Shown: piece by piece, positions 21,701 through 32,026 of the stretch | Numbering within the stretch: position 1 is the stretch's first letter | Layout: each line of letters opens with the position of its first letter | Assembly (NCBI GenBank): GCA_963727625.1 | Contig: CAVSHR010000004.1 | Span: forward strand, 1,120,001 to 1,184,000 | Source of the DNA: an uncultured delta proteobacterium | Lineage (GTDB): Bacteria; Desulfobacterota; Binatia; UBA9968 | Direction: 5' to 3' | Length of the DNA: 64,000 bases | Notes under the pieces: generated by a model | Seen by the model: the letters and a program-made list of their open reading frames with translations, nothing else | Database searches by the model: none | Told to the model about the DNA's origin: nothing | Made by a program: the position numbers and the translations under genes

Positions 21701-23392
21701 GCGGCAACTCTCCGGCTTCGGCTCGACGAGATTGCCTTCGCTGCCGAGTGTCAGGGTCGTTGAAGTGATCAATTCCTCGCGAATCGGATCGATGGGCGGA
21801 TTGGTCACCTGGGCGAATAGCTCCTTGAAATAGTTATAGAGCAGTTGCGGTTTGTCCGATAACACCGCCAAAGGCGTGTCGGTGCCCATGGAGCCGACCG
21901 GTTGAATGCTGTTTTGCGCCATCGGTCCGATGTTTATGCGCAGATCCTCGAAGCTGTAACCGAAGGCTTGCAGCCGCTGCAACGTGGCCTGATGGTTTGC
22001 CGGGGATTCCTTTTCCGACACCTCGGACAGGTCGGCGAAGCGCACCAAGTGCTTTTTCAACCACTTCCCGTAGGGTTTTTCCGCGGCCATTTCCTGCTTA
22101 ATTTCTTCATCGCTGATGATACGCCGTTCGCTGGTGTCGACCAGGAACATCCTGCCGGGTTGCAACCGCCGCTTTTCCAAGACTCGTTCCGGCGGTACCT
22201 CGAGCACGCCCACTTCAGAAGCCATGATGACCAGATCATCCTTGGTCACGTAATAGCGCGAGGGCCTGAGACCGTTTCGGTCGAGCACCGCGCCCACCAC
22301 TGTGCCGTCGGTAAAAGCGATCGAAGCAGGTCCATCCCAGGGCTCCATCAAGCTGCTGTGATATTCGTAAAACGCCCGCTTCTTTTCATCCATGCTCTCG
22401 TGATTTTCCCATGGCTCCGGGATCATCATCATCACCGCGTGCGGCAAGGAGCGGCCGCTCAACGCGAGAAATTCGAGACAGTTATCAAACTTGGCCGAGT
22501 CGCTGCCGTCTTCCTGAATGATCGGAAAAACCTTTTTAAAATCCCCGCCGAAGTGTTCCGACGCGAGCATGCCCTGGCGCGCATACATCCAGTTCTCATT
22601 GCCGCGCAGCGTATTGATCTCGCCGTTGTGAATTAAATAGCGATAGGGATGGGCCCGACCCCAGCTCGGAAACGTGTTGGTGCTGAATCGCGAATGCACC
22701 AGCGCGATGGCGGTCTCGATCAGCGGCTCGCAGAGATCGGGATAAAACGTCGAAACCTGGCGCGCCGTGAGCATGCCTTTGTAGATGAGCGTACGGCAGG
22801 ACAGGCTCGGCACATAAAAGAAGTCGCCGCCGCGCAGACCGGCGTAACGGATTGCGTTTTCGGCACGCCGGCGAATCACATAGAGCTTACGCTCAAAAGT
22901 CAGATCGTCCTCGATGCCGGCGCCGCGGCCGATAAACACCTGGCGCACAAACGGCTCGCATCCCTTCGCGGTCTCGCCCAGGTACATGTTATCGGTCGGA
23001 ACCTTGCGCCATCCCAGGCAGGTTTGCCCCTCCTCGACAATGATCTTTTCGATAATTTTTTCAAAGCGGCGGCGCTGCTCCCGATGATCCGGAAAAAAAA
23101 TCATACCGACGCCGTATTCGCCCGGGTCGGGCAACTGAAAGCCAAGTCCTTCGCAGGCGTCTTTGAGAAACGCGTGCGGGATTTGCATCAGGATGCCGGC
23201 GCCGTCGCCGGTATTCTCTTCGCAGCCGCACGCTCCCCGGTGATCTAAATTTTCCAAAACCGTCAGAGCTTGCTCGACGATCTCGTGGGATTTCTCGCCT
23301 TTGATGTTGACGACAAACCCAACGCCGCAGGCGTCGTGTTCGAACCGTGGATCGTAAAGGCCTTGTTTCGGTGGCGGTCCAGCCTGACTCAT
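18794..23392 (-). CDS. gltB: Glutamate synthase large (alpha) subunit
   Basis: [37 protein letters not shown] and [13 protein letters not shown] motifs; start at 23392 or 23407. Confidence 0.98.
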   Translation of the reverse strand: MSQAGPPPKQGLYDPRFEHDACGVGFVVNIKGEKSHEIVEQALTVLENLDHRGACGCEENTGDGAGILMQIPHAFLKDACEGLGFQLPDPGEYGVGMIFFPDHREQRRRFEKIIEKIIVEEGQTCLGWRKVPTDNMYLGETAKGCEPFVRQVFIGRGAGIEDDLTFERKLYVIRRRAENAIRYAGLRGGDFFYVPSLSCRTLIYKGMLTARQVSTFYPDLCEPLIETAIALVHSRFSTNTFPSWGRAHPYRYLIHNGEINTLRGNENWMYARQGMLASEHFGGDFKKVFPIIQEDGSDSAKFDNCLEFLALSGRSLPHAVMMMIPEPWENHESMDEKKRAFYEYHSSLMEPWDGPASIAFTDGTVVGAVLDRNGLRPSRYYVTKDDLVIMASEVGVLEVPPERVLEKRRLQPGRMFLVDTSERRIISDEEIKQEMAAEKPYGKWLKKHLVRFADLSEVSEKESPANHQATLQRLQAFGYSFEDLRINIGPMAQNSIQPVGSMGTDTPLAVLSDKPQLLYNYFKELFAQVTNPPIDPIREELITSTTLTLGSEGNLVEPKPESCRQLRLADPILKNSDMEKLRQVDEPGIKSKTLPILFNPNDGKAGLEQALEDLFAAADRAIAEGKTILILSDKGVDQSHAAIPALLATAGLHHHLIRIGTRTRVGLVLESGEPREVHHFCLLLGYGAQAINPYLAYECLNDMIHQGMLPNITYHDALKGYDRAVYKGVVKVMAKMGISTIKSYCGAQIFEAVGLGQELVDKYFTWTPSRIGGIGLAELASEVQQQHARAFPTYPLNGHTLDVYGQYQYRKDGELHLFNPRTIHLLQKGCRNNDYKTFKEYTQLIDDQSERMATLRGLMSLKYAAQPIPIEEVEPVATIVKRFKTGAMSYGSISKEAHEALAVAMNRIGGKSNTGEGGEDPARYIPEPNGDSKNSAIKQVASGRFGVNSYYLTQAKELQIKMAQGAKPGEGGELPGRKVYPWIAKVRHSTPGVGLISPPPHHDIYSIEDLAQLIHDLKNANHHARISVKLVSEIGVGTIAAGVAKGHADVVLISGHDGGTGASPQTSIKHAGLPWELGLAETHQTLVLNNLRSRIAVETDGQLKTGRDVVIAALLGAEEFGFATTALVTLGCIMMRVCHLDTCPVGVATQNPELRAKFAGDPAHVVNFMRFIAQEMREHMAELGFRTINEMVGRSDKIEMRRVISHLKAKGLDYSAMLYQPKVGSEVGRYCQIAQNHGLENALDNQVLLDLAAPALERKEKVKATLDIRNTNRVVGTILGSEVTRRFGPQGLPEDTIQFHFEGSAGQSFGAFIPPGMTLELEGDANDYFGKGLSGGKVILYPPKGSTFVPEENIIVGNVAFYGATNGEAYIRGMAGERFCVRNSGVRAVIEGVGDHACEYMTGGRLVVIGKTGRNFAAGMSGGIAYVLDEDGTFKNHCNFETVALERLDQRDMQEVEEMLKRHAIYTRSARAWRLLALWQETAPKFVKVMPRDYRRVLEALQAAEAKGLVGDEALMAAFEANKNDAARVSGN

Positions 23393-23496
23393 AGCATTAC
23401 CCTTCATTGATCATTTTTCCGTCGCTGGAAGTGGGGCGGCGGCGCGCGGCAAACGAGATCATAAACAGTCGTGCGCGCTGTCGCAACAACACAATG

Positions 23497-24051
23497 TTAT
23501 TTCTTCTTTATATGCGGAACCTCCGCTAAACCGGCGTCGAGCTCAAGCGCCTGCCCTTCTTTCGCCGTCGACAAGACCACTTTGGTAACGCTTCGGGTCA
23601 CACCTTCAACCGAACGAATTTCACCGAGCAGTCTTTCCAGCGCGCCGGTGTTCGCCGCCTTCACCTTTAAAATAAAACTTTCATCGCCGGTAACATGGTG
23701 GCACTCCAACACGTCCGGGTATCGCGCCATCTGGTTGGCGAACCGATCCATGTCCCGTTGATTGCCGATCGAAACGCCAATGAACGCCGTAATGTCCTTG
23801 CCGACCTTTTTGCTATCAATGAGCGCTTGGTATCCGCGGATCACTCCGCTGGCTTCAAGCTTCTTTACCCGTTCCATGACCGCGGGCGTGGACAAATCGA
23901 CCTCCGCGGCGATATCGGCGAGGCGCCGCCTACCGTCAAACTGGAGAATATAAAGTATTTTTAAATCGATTTGGTCTAACAAGCTAACAAATTTAGGCTT
24001 AGGGCCAATTAAACTTAACGATTTTATGTCATCGAGCATTTTGAATGTCAA
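23497..24051 (-). CDS. Lrp/AsnC family transcriptional regulator
   Basis: LDQIDLKIL...DGR, LSTPAVMERVKKLEASGVIRGY and ECHHVTGD motifs; true start uncertain and may be near 23982. Confidence 0.92.
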   Translation of the reverse strand: MTFKMLDDIKSLSLIGPKPKFVSLLDQIDLKILYILQFDGRRRLADIAAEVDLSTPAVMERVKKLEASGVIRGYQALIDSKKVGKDITAFIGVSIGNQRDMDRFANQMARYPDVLECHHVTGDESFILKVKAANTGALERLLGEIRSVEGVTRSVTKVVLSTAKEGQALELDAGLAEVPHIKKK

Positions 24052-24469
24052 GCCTAATGGTCAAAACTTCGCGATTTTCTGCGGCTTAGAGATTCATTTT
24101 CTAGGCTGGCTCCATTCCTCCTCATCCCTCCGACGTACCCCCAAGGGAGGGCTTAGCCGGGTACAAGCCCCTCAACACTCTTATTGGCGCGGAACGATGG
24201 CAAGAGAACAGATAGAGAACCGACACGGCTTCGAGAGCCCGTAAAATTTATACAGCGTAATGCTTCTCCAATGACGGGCGCATTGCGGCCGTCACTAGAT
24301 CGATGCAAAAAAGGCTAAGTTGATGAACCAGCGACGCTCTGCGTTTGTTAATCAGCAGGGCAATGGCGACACCGGCGCGGGGACGCAAAAAAATAGGCGC
24401 AGCGCAAGACCGTCTCTGCGCCGCGCCTATGCGAGATGAGCGAGAACTGATGCCGGCGACTGGTGGTCG

Positions 24470-25135
24470 TTAAATCAGCGGCATCTCTGGAAACGGATCG
24501 TGGTCCGAACTGAGGCTCTGCATGATCCATGCACAACGGACGCCGAGACTCGGGTGAAGAGCGATCAACTTCTCTAACAAGAGCCGGGCGCGATTATCGA
24601 CACTGTCTGCCTTCATCGCTTCCACAAAAGCCCATGCCGCGGCGGCGAGGTCATTCTGGCCATGCAGGCTCACGCCTAAATTGCGGTAGCCGCTGGCGCG
24701 CGTCCAATCGATTTCGATCGCCATGCGAGACTCGACCTCGCCCTCGGCAAAACGGCCGAGCGAGTTGAGACAGTAGCCGACGTTGTTATGGAGCACGTAA
24801 ACAACCTTGCGCCGTTTCGGGCCAAGCTCGAGAGCCGAGGTGAAATACGTGAGGGCGGCTTCGTGGCGCCGTTCGTCAGTGGCAATTTGCCCTAGGGCCA
24901 AAAAACAGTGGGCCGATTGCTCAATGTCCGTACTGGATTTAATGAATCCTTCGAGCAATTCCGTCGCCGCGTCGATCTTACCGATGCCCCGATAAAAACC
25001 GACCACGAAGAGCATCCAGCGAAAATAATCCTCGCTGCTGCTGCTATTTTTCAAGCGCGCCAGCAATAGCTTTTCGGTATCGGGAGGTTCTTTGTCCAAT
25101 TCCAGAGCGGTAAGTCTTTTATCTGTCGTGCTCAT
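24470..25135 (-). CDS. Tetratricopeptide repeat protein
   Basis: TPR helices: ALGQIA...AALTYFTSALEL, HNNVGYCL and YRNLGVSL. Confidence 0.82.
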   Translation of the reverse strand: MSTTDKRLTALELDKEPPDTEKLLLARLKNSSSSEDYFRWMLFVVGFYRGIGKIDAATELLEGFIKSSTDIEQSAHCFLALGQIATDERRHEAALTYFTSALELGPKRRKVVYVLHNNVGYCLNSLGRFAEGEVESRMAIEIDWTRASGYRNLGVSLHGQNDLAAAAWAFVEAMKADSVDNRARLLLEKLIALHPSLGVRCAWIMQSLSSDHDPFPEMPLI

Positions 25136-25151
25136 ATGGGGAGGTTAGCAG

Positions 25152-25167
25152 AGCAAGCCCGATACCA
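25152..25167 (-). promoter_or_regulatory. Putative sigma-54 promoter of the TPR gene
   Basis: Minus strand TGGTAT-CGGGC-TTGCT with -24/-12 spacing, 16 bp before ATG 25135. Confidence 0.5.
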
Positions 25168-25913
25168 TGTTAAAATTAACCCAGGAAATCCCAAGAATCA
25201 CAACACCCGTCCAAAGGACTCCATCCCTACCAACGGTCGAATTAGAGAACTCCATTGAGCGTGAGGAAAACAAGGCGAGGGAGCCCGACGCTAATTGAGA
25301 GATTATCTGCGAAATTGGCTGAGGACAGCTCTTCGCGCTTGAACAACCGGGCGTGAGCAGGTTCGGGTATTCATTCTAAGAAGAAGAACTGTAAGCAACC
25401 TTGACAGAATGATTCTGACATCATGCTCGTTCCAATGGCCAAACGAGTCCGTAGCCAGACAGCCCGCAAACACAAGCCGGAGCACCAATGAACTAGAAAA
25501 ATAATTGGTGGAGGCGGAGTCACAGTGCAAAGAACCGCTCTTCCAGGTTTCTTTCATATTGACCTGACATGGTCCACTCACTTTTAGACGTCTTATTATT
25601 GCGAGAGAAGAACAATTAGTCCTGCATTACAGCGTGAACTGAGCTCGGAGTAGTCTGCTGCGCTCGCGCCGCTCGCGAGCCGAGCCGTGATTTGAGCCTC
25701 GAATGCAGTGCTGAAATCTCTGCCGCTAATTGGCGCAGGCCCTCATTGCATAACCAACCCTCGGTCGTCGGTCGATCTGACCTTGACGCAGGCAACTGCC
25801 TCCGTAACGGCCAATCGCCGAATCGCCGTCGGTGATGAGGAATACCGGTGAGATTATTTTTCATTGTCGCGCTTATTTGGATCACGGTCGAATCCCCCCT
25901 TTGCGCCAACCAA

Positions 25914-26984
25914 CTACTGCGCCGTCAATGCATAGATGATCGGGAAATCGAGAGGCAGGCGTTGCCAGTTATCACCACGATCGCTGCTATGAAATAGCTC
26001 GCCCTGGCTGAGCTTGATATAACGCGCGCCTTCACCACCGGTGGCGACAAAAACATGATCCGGTGATTCCGGATCGAAATCGATGCATTCGATCATGCTT
26101 TGACAGGGAGTAGGAAATCCGCCGGCAAGCTGCTGCCAAGTTGCTCCGCCATCGGCGCTGCGCATGAGCGCGCCGTTTGCTTTCGTCGGACGCTCCAGCC
26201 AGAAGGGCGGCGGCTCTTCGGCCACGCCGAGAAACAGCATCCGGGAATTCTCCGGATGGACTCGGACCGGGACGGAATAAGTCCGCGGCAATGAATCCGT
26301 GAGCGACTCCCAAGACTTGCCGCCATCCTGGGAACGGTACAGCGGGCGGCCCTTTGGCGGCGGTGTCGGATCGGGAAAATTTTCTCCGCCTCCCGTGGCG
26401 GCATAAAGCACGGCTCCGTTTCTCGGATCGAAGGTGACGGAATGAACATCCATGTCGATGGGATAGCGCACGTCGCTCCAGGACTCGCCGCCATCGTTGC
26501 TGAGCAAAAGCCCGCCAACCTGCGCAGCCAGGCAAAGCTTTTTGGAATCCTTCGGATGAATAGCGATGCCGCGAATATGCGGCTGAATCACCGGGACAGG
26601 ATAGGTCCAGCGTCTGTCATCGGCCAATTGTCTGACACCGGATAATTCTCGCCAATTCTTTCCGCCATCTTCGCTTTTCCACAGAGCCGGGGGCTCGGTG
26701 CCGACGTAAACTCTCTCGGAATTCGAGGGATCGAGGGCCAAAGCGCGAACTTTATCGGAAAACACTTTTTCACCGAGCCGACGCCAGTTCTCACCGGCGT
26801 CGTCGCTGCGAAACAGTCCGCCGCCGCGAATCCCCGCATAGACAATCTCGCGCTTATCGGGGCACAAGCCGAGGACACTGACTTCCATGCCCGGTAAATG
26901 CTTCGACGCCACTTGCCAACCACCGACCGACGTCCGGGTGACTTTGAACACGCCGTCTAGCGTGCCGACGAAAATCGCTTTCAT
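25914..26984 (-). CDS. BNR/Asp-box repeat beta-propeller protein (WD40/YVTN-like), no signal peptide
   Basis: Repeated S-x-D-[A/G]-G-x-x-W: SDDAGENW, SEDGGKNW, SNDGGESW, SQDGGKSW, SADGGATW, SSDRGDNW; GGAGG RBS. Confidence 0.87.
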   Translation of the reverse strand: MKAIFVGTLDGVFKVTRTSVGGWQVASKHLPGMEVSVLGLCPDKREIVYAGIRGGGLFRSDDAGENWRRLGEKVFSDKVRALALDPSNSERVYVGTEPPALWKSEDGGKNWRELSGVRQLADDRRWTYPVPVIQPHIRGIAIHPKDSKKLCLAAQVGGLLLSNDGGESWSDVRYPIDMDVHSVTFDPRNGAVLYAATGGGENFPDPTPPPKGRPLYRSQDGGKSWESLTDSLPRTYSVPVRVHPENSRMLFLGVAEEPPPFWLERPTKANGALMRSADGGATWQQLAGGFPTPCQSMIECIDFDPESPDHVFVATGGEGARYIKLSQGELFHSSDRGDNWQRLPLDFPIIYALTAQ

Positions 26985-27003
26985 AGTTTGCCTCCGGCTT
27001 ATT

Positions 27004-27720
27004 TCATTTCCTGCCCGCGGCGATGGCCCGCTCGGCGATATCATCATAGATGAAGCGGAACACATTGATGCTCTCGCGCACGATTTCCAACACCCTGCGC
27101 TCTTCATCCTCGGTCTTGGTGTATTTCACGATAATTCTCACAGTCTCGTCGGCGTGGCCACCTTCTCCAGGATCTGCCGCATCCGCGGCTTCCCAATGAA
27201 CGAGATATTTCGAATTCAAACCCAAAGGCTGCCATTTTCTCCGCGCGTTGAGCGGAATCTCGCCATAGAGCGCCGCCAATTCTCCATGATTGGTCAGCTC
27301 CAGCGAACCCACCGCGGCAAATCCTTCCAGCCACGGGCGCGTGCGGCTGATGTTGTCCCAGTATTGAATACCCATGCGCATGGGAATGCTCGGCGCATGA
27401 TTGAGCACCTCGTCGCGAGTCATACCGAGGCCCTCGCCGAAAGTCACCATGCTGCCGTGGTGGGTATCGTGAATCGTGGGATCATCGACCTCCTCGACGT
27501 ACATATTGCCGATCATGTAGGCCCGTGGTTCGAGCTCCGGGCAATTGCCGATGACGTTGCCGAACCAGCGCGGAAAGTGAGCGGCGAAGCAAGTATGTTC
27601 GCCGGCAAAAATTCTCGCCCCCGCGATCGTCAAATGACGGTTCACAAATTTAACGATCTTGGGCTTTTGCTCCCACCAGGATTCGGCCACTGCTTTCAGA
27701 ATATCCTCTTTCGCAATCAT
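27004..27720 (-). CDS. Heme-oxygenase-like iron-containing redox enzyme (TenA/PqqC/CADD-like)
   Basis: HFPRW, NMYVEE...H, GLG, WLEGFAAVGSLE and D...H motifs in an all-helical sequence. Confidence 0.75.
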   Translation of the reverse strand: MIAKEDILKAVAESWWEQKPKIVKFVNRHLTIAGARIFAGEHTCFAAHFPRWFGNVIGNCPELEPRAYMIGNMYVEEVDDPTIHDTHHGSMVTFGEGLGMTRDEVLNHAPSIPMRMGIQYWDNISRTRPWLEGFAAVGSLELTNHGELAALYGEIPLNARRKWQPLGLNSKYLVHWEAADAADPGEGGHADETVRIIVKYTKTEDEERRVLEIVRESINVFRFIYDDIAERAIAAGRK

Positions 27721-27750
27721 CGATTCGGTCCTTTCTTGGCAGAATGAGCT

Positions 27751-29211
27751 TCACGAAAACAGATGCGCCCATTGCTTCAACACCGTTTGTTTATACTCAG
27801 GGCTCACGCTGCTCACGGCAGGAAAATCGTCTTTACGCGCGTACGGCCTGCACGCGTCGATTATGATGCAAGAACTCACCATCTTGTTGGCGGCGCGTTG
27901 CTCGGGGGTCAGAGTTGGATTGAGGTCGCTTGCCGGCACCTCAAAAATCTCCGATTGCTGCTTGGGATCCCAGCGCGAAGCCACCGCCCACAAAACTTCG
28001 TTGATATTGGTGATGTCGATATCGTCGTCGACGACGATGACCATGCGAGTGTCGCGCCCGCCGTCCCGTGTCGCCAGCACTCCATGTCCCGCCTGTCGCG
28101 CGTGCCCCGGATAACGCTGGCGAACGGCCACGGCGACGACAAATCTTCCCTGCCGCGGAAACCACACTCCTCTGATCTCCGGGATGCCCGCTCGCTCCAT
28201 GGACGACCAGATATTCGCCGCGCGAATATACATATAAATGTCGGTGTTCAGGTAAGTCTTGAGCGGCGGATCGCCCGTAATGATCGGATCGTTGCGATGA
28301 TAGATCGTCGAAATTCTGACCACCGGCCTTGCGACGGTGCCGGAAGCATAGTAGCCCGGCCATTCACCGAAAGGGCCTTCCGGATATGAAAGCTTCTCGG
28401 GCGGCGGCGCGAAACCTTCGAAGACCAATTCGGCACCCGCGGGCATGGGTAAGCCTGTCTGCTTGCCTTTCGCAATGGCTATCGGAGCGCCGAGCAGCCC
28501 GCCCAGGAAATCGTATTCGCTCATCCCCCAGGGTATGCCTACGGCACTGGCAAGGATCATCGATGGGGGCAGGCCGCAAACAATTAAAAACGGGCAATCC
28601 TCGCCCCGACTCCAATATTTTTGCGCGATTAGGTTGCCGTGCTTTCCTGGAATGATCCACAGGCCTAGTGTCTTCTCATCGTGCACCTGCACCCGATACG
28701 TTCCGACGTTGATATAGCCGCCGTCCGGATCCCTCGCGATCACAGCATCGAAAGTGCCGACGTAACGGCCGCCGTCTTTCTCGTGCCAGTGCGGCGCCGG
28801 AAAGTCGAGAACGTCGAGATCGTTTCCTTCGATGTAGTTCTGGAGCACCGGCGCGTTTGCTGTTTCAACCGGCGGCATCGGTTTTAATGCCGCCAATTTG
28901 CCTTTGACCGCCTCGACCAATGCAGTGCCGCGCAAGTTTGGCGCCATACCCAACGCGAGCGACTGGCGCAACGGTGAAAATAACACGTTGCTTAGAACCC
29001 GCTTTCCTTTGGCGTATCCGGCAATGGCGTCGAACAGCAACGCCGGAGTCGGCGTTCTCTCCGCGAACAATTCCGTCAATGCGCCGATTTCCAGATTCCA
29101 GTGAGCGCCGGAGATTTCTTGGAGCTCGCCCGCTTCTTTGACACGCGTCAAAAATGCTCGAAGATCCAAGCCGGCAGGTAAAGGCAATGATTCCGCCCGA
29201 ACGGAGCTCAC
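27751..29211 (-). CDS. UbiD family prFMN-dependent (de)carboxylase
   Basis: DLRAFL, PALLFD, DGGRY, NVGTYRVQ, EGPFGEWPGYY and VVDDDIDI motifs. Confidence 0.93.
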   Translation of the reverse strand: MSSVRAESLPLPAGLDLRAFLTRVKEAGELQEISGAHWNLEIGALTELFAERTPTPALLFDAIAGYAKGKRVLSNVLFSPLRQSLALGMAPNLRGTALVEAVKGKLAALKPMPPVETANAPVLQNYIEGNDLDVLDFPAPHWHEKDGGRYVGTFDAVIARDPDGGYINVGTYRVQVHDEKTLGLWIIPGKHGNLIAQKYWSRGEDCPFLIVCGLPPSMILASAVGIPWGMSEYDFLGGLLGAPIAIAKGKQTGLPMPAGAELVFEGFAPPPEKLSYPEGPFGEWPGYYASGTVARPVVRISTIYHRNDPIITGDPPLKTYLNTDIYMYIRAANIWSSMERAGIPEIRGVWFPRQGRFVVAVAVRQRYPGHARQAGHGVLATRDGGRDTRMVIVVDDDIDITNINEVLWAVASRWDPKQQSEIFEVPASDLNPTLTPEQRAANKMVSSCIIIDACRPYARKDDFPAVSSVSPEYKQTVLKQWAHLFS

Positions 29212-29361
29212 CGTTTACTTTCTCCCTATCGGACGACCCTCAAACAAGAGCTGGGAATAAACATATCCGCGCCCGATTTCTGCCATTGGAATTTGTCCCT
29301 TTTTTGCACTTCATGCAGCATGCCGGAACCTGTAGATGACATTGCAAATAATCTACGGAGC

Positions 29362-30444
29362 CTAGATGCCCACTGCGCCTGGCCCGTAAAACCGGCGCGC
29401 ATTACCGCCAAGCACCGCTTCCTTATCGTGATGGTTTAAATCCTCTCGTTTGAGCAATTCGTCGATCTCCCTACGGCATTTTTGCGCGTCGAAAACCTCA
29501 TGAGGGAAATCACTGCCGAAGATAAAGGCTTCCCGCCCCGCCTTTTTCACGGCAAAGCCCAAGCCGTCGTCATCAACATCGAAGCCGACGAATAATCGCC
29601 CTTCGTGAATTTGTCGCTTCAGATGATCGCTCGCTTTTTCCCCGTCATTTGGCCCGCCAACGGGCTGGCCATGGGAATCGACCTGCAGGTGACCTGGATG
29701 ATAGGAACGGTCGAGCCGGTCGAGAAAGAACGGCACCCAGGTCGAGCCTCCTTCGAGGAATGCGACGCGGAGCTTGGGGAATTTTTCGAAGATGCCATGG
29801 GCTAACATGCCGGCGGCTTGAATGGCGATGCCAAAAGGGTGGCCAAGGGCATGAACCGGATAGTAGGTGCTGAACCCATCCATGCCAAGATGATGTAGCG
29901 ACCCCACATGCACCGCCAGCGAACAGCCGAGCTTCTCCGCTTCTTCATAGATAGGCCAGTACAGTTTAGCGCCCAAATGATCCTTGATGCCCTCGCCGTT
30001 GGACGGCAACATCCCGCCCGCCATTCCGAGCTCTGCGACTGCCCGTCTGAGCTCCGCCACGGCGGCCTCGACGTCCTGTATCGGAATCAAAGCCATCCCT
30101 TTCAGCCGAGAGTTCTTGTTGATGAATTTTTCATGCAGCCAGTTATTATAGGCTTTGCAAGCCGCGATCGCCCAATCAATGGAAACAAACCGCCCCACCG
30201 CAAGGCCAAAAGTCGGATAGAGTACGCTCCACGAGATTCCGGTCTCGTCAAGAAAGCGAATCCACTCCTCCGGTCCCGGGTTTTCCAAACCGGAGCGGTT
30301 TCCTTCCGGGCGCAGATAGTGAAAGTGCAGATGGTCGAGGACTGGAAAGATCTGTGACGAACGGTTGCCGGCCGGCATATATCTGGCAATCTCCTCCTGT
30401 CCAGCCGCGTCATTGACATGGCCATCGGCGTCGATGATTTCCAT
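29362..30444 (-). CDS. Amidohydrolase_2 family protein
   Basis: IDADGH, VLYPT, AYNNW, AVH, FLEGG and FGSDFPH motifs. Confidence 0.9.
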   Translation of the reverse strand: MEIIDADGHVNDAAGQEEIARYMPAGNRSSQIFPVLDHLHFHYLRPEGNRSGLENPGPEEWIRFLDETGISWSVLYPTFGLAVGRFVSIDWAIAACKAYNNWLHEKFINKNSRLKGMALIPIQDVEAAVAELRRAVAELGMAGGMLPSNGEGIKDHLGAKLYWPIYEEAEKLGCSLAVHVGSLHHLGMDGFSTYYPVHALGHPFGIAIQAAGMLAHGIFEKFPKLRVAFLEGGSTWVPFFLDRLDRSYHPGHLQVDSHGQPVGGPNDGEKASDHLKRQIHEGRLFVGFDVDDDGLGFAVKKAGREAFIFGSDFPHEVFDAQKCRREIDELLKREDLNHHDKEAVLGGNARRFYGPGAVGI

Positions 30445-30540
30445 GAAACGTTTTCCTTTCTAAATAAAGTCACCCGCAGTCGCGGCGCCGGCTAATCAAT
30501 GACACGCTTTGGAGGCAGAATTCCCATTTGCCCGTCACGG

Positions 30541-31623
30541 TCATAAGCCATAGAGCGATCGCGCGTTATCGCTGAGAATTTTTTTCTTTATCTCCGGAGC
30601 GAGGTCGGTTCGATCCTGGAAGATTTTGATGGCATCAATGTCGCTAGAGGTATCCGTGTGGCCGTAGTCCGTACCGATGACCAGGCAATCCTCGCCGGCT
30701 TGGTCAATGATATAGGGCAAATCGTCGGAATTTTCGCAAGTAACGTACATACCATATTCGCGGGTGATATTTTCCGGCCACTCGCGCCCAAGATTCTTGA
30801 AGCGATTTCTCGCCTCGTGGAGCACCCACGGGAGCCATTGCGAGCTGGCTTCGATGAATCCCCAGCGCACTTTGGGGAAAACCTGGTGGAGCTCGCTGAG
30901 CATGATGTCATTGAACGCGGCCACTGTGGGCACTCTGAAGCGGTGCAACGTTCCCGCAATCCTGACCGGATGGTCGTAAAGGTCGTTCAGCCATTTGTTG
31001 CCGTTGGCGATGTGAATCGCTATGGCCATATCCAAGCGGCCCGCTTCTTCGTAAAGGGGATAGAAATAGGGGTCACAGAGCAGTCGTTGGCCTTCGACGG
31101 GACGCATGAGCACAGCGCAGGCGCCATGCTCTTTGCCGAATCGAATCTGATCGAGAGCGTCGGACATGCTCAAGGTGGGCGGCATGCAAGACCAACGCAG
31201 GCGGTTGTTCGACTGCAGCCAGATATCAGCGAGCCAGCGGTTCCAGCTTTTGCATAATGGCACTTCCACAGCAGCGCGGTCTGTGACCGATTCGATGAAG
31301 ATCGTATTGTGTAGCACCTGAACATCGACACCGGTGCGGTCCATGTAGCCGAGACGGAGATCGACGTTACCCATCTCACGCGATTCCTGGTTATCTTCGA
31401 ACCGCCGACCGGTTCGCCGGGCGAGCCGCTCCAGCTCGGCGGCGGAAAAGGCCGGGAAACGCAAGCCCCGAACTTTGCCGTCGATGAGCCAGAACTGAAG
31501 CTTGACTCCGGCCTCTTCGCGGGTTTCCAGAGAAACCGGACGATATTGTTTTTCCGACGGGTCCATGTAGTCCCATGTGCGGGCGGACTCTACGACGTGG
31601 GCGTCAGCGTCGACTATCGTCAT
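30541..31623 (-). CDS. Amidohydrolase_2 family protein (same subtype as 5898)
   Basis: VDADAHVVE, GVDVQVL, AIH, RWGFIEASSQW, CENSDDLPY and GTDYGH motifs. Confidence 0.9.
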   Translation of the reverse strand: MTIVDADAHVVESARTWDYMDPSEKQYRPVSLETREEAGVKLQFWLIDGKVRGLRFPAFSAAELERLARRTGRRFEDNQESREMGNVDLRLGYMDRTGVDVQVLHNTIFIESVTDRAAVEVPLCKSWNRWLADIWLQSNNRLRWSCMPPTLSMSDALDQIRFGKEHGACAVLMRPVEGQRLLCDPYFYPLYEEAGRLDMAIAIHIANGNKWLNDLYDHPVRIAGTLHRFRVPTVAAFNDIMLSELHQVFPKVRWGFIEASSQWLPWVLHEARNRFKNLGREWPENITREYGMYVTCENSDDLPYIIDQAGEDCLVIGTDYGHTDTSSDIDAIKIFQDRTDLAPEIKKKILSDNARSLYGL

Positions 31624-31637
31624 GGCGTACCTGCCTT

Positions 31638-31815
31638 TCAAATAAAATTTGACCTGCTCTGGAAGTCTTTAATAAAAGCCTCATCGCCAATCACTTTAAG
31701 ATTGAGGTGTCGACAAATGTTTTTGGCTTGGCTGAAGACGCAGTTAACACGGCCAAGGGACCTATGCCGAAAGCGAAAGCAACGGCGACTGTGGCAAATT
31801 TGTATAAGACTGCCG
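31638..31815 (-). pseudogene. Internally deleted NitT/TauT-type substrate-binding protein remnant
   Basis: Signal-peptide-like LYKFATVAVAFAFGIGPLAVLTASS joined directly to a C-terminal-like AKPKTFVDTSILK / (frameshift) IGDEAFIKDF. Confidence 0.4.
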
Positions 31816-32026
31816 GCACCTCTTTGATATCTCTGATCCAGCGCCTGTGCATCAATGCGGCTGTCCTATATGTTGCGGACCTCTTTGGGCGAAAATTCCC
31901 GGACGACGGCGCCCTTGTCAAGCAGCGCCATGACCAAACCTAAGACAGATTTCCACACCTTAGCTGAAAGACGACTTGCGATTTAGTTTCTCGGTGTGTT
32001 AGACATCTGCCGGTCAAAATCCCTTG

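Noticed and set aside
25303-25909. ORFs 25303-25581 and 25616-25909
   Set aside because: No recognisable motifs or convincing RBS. I cannot support them as genes, although 25616 follows the propeller gene closely.
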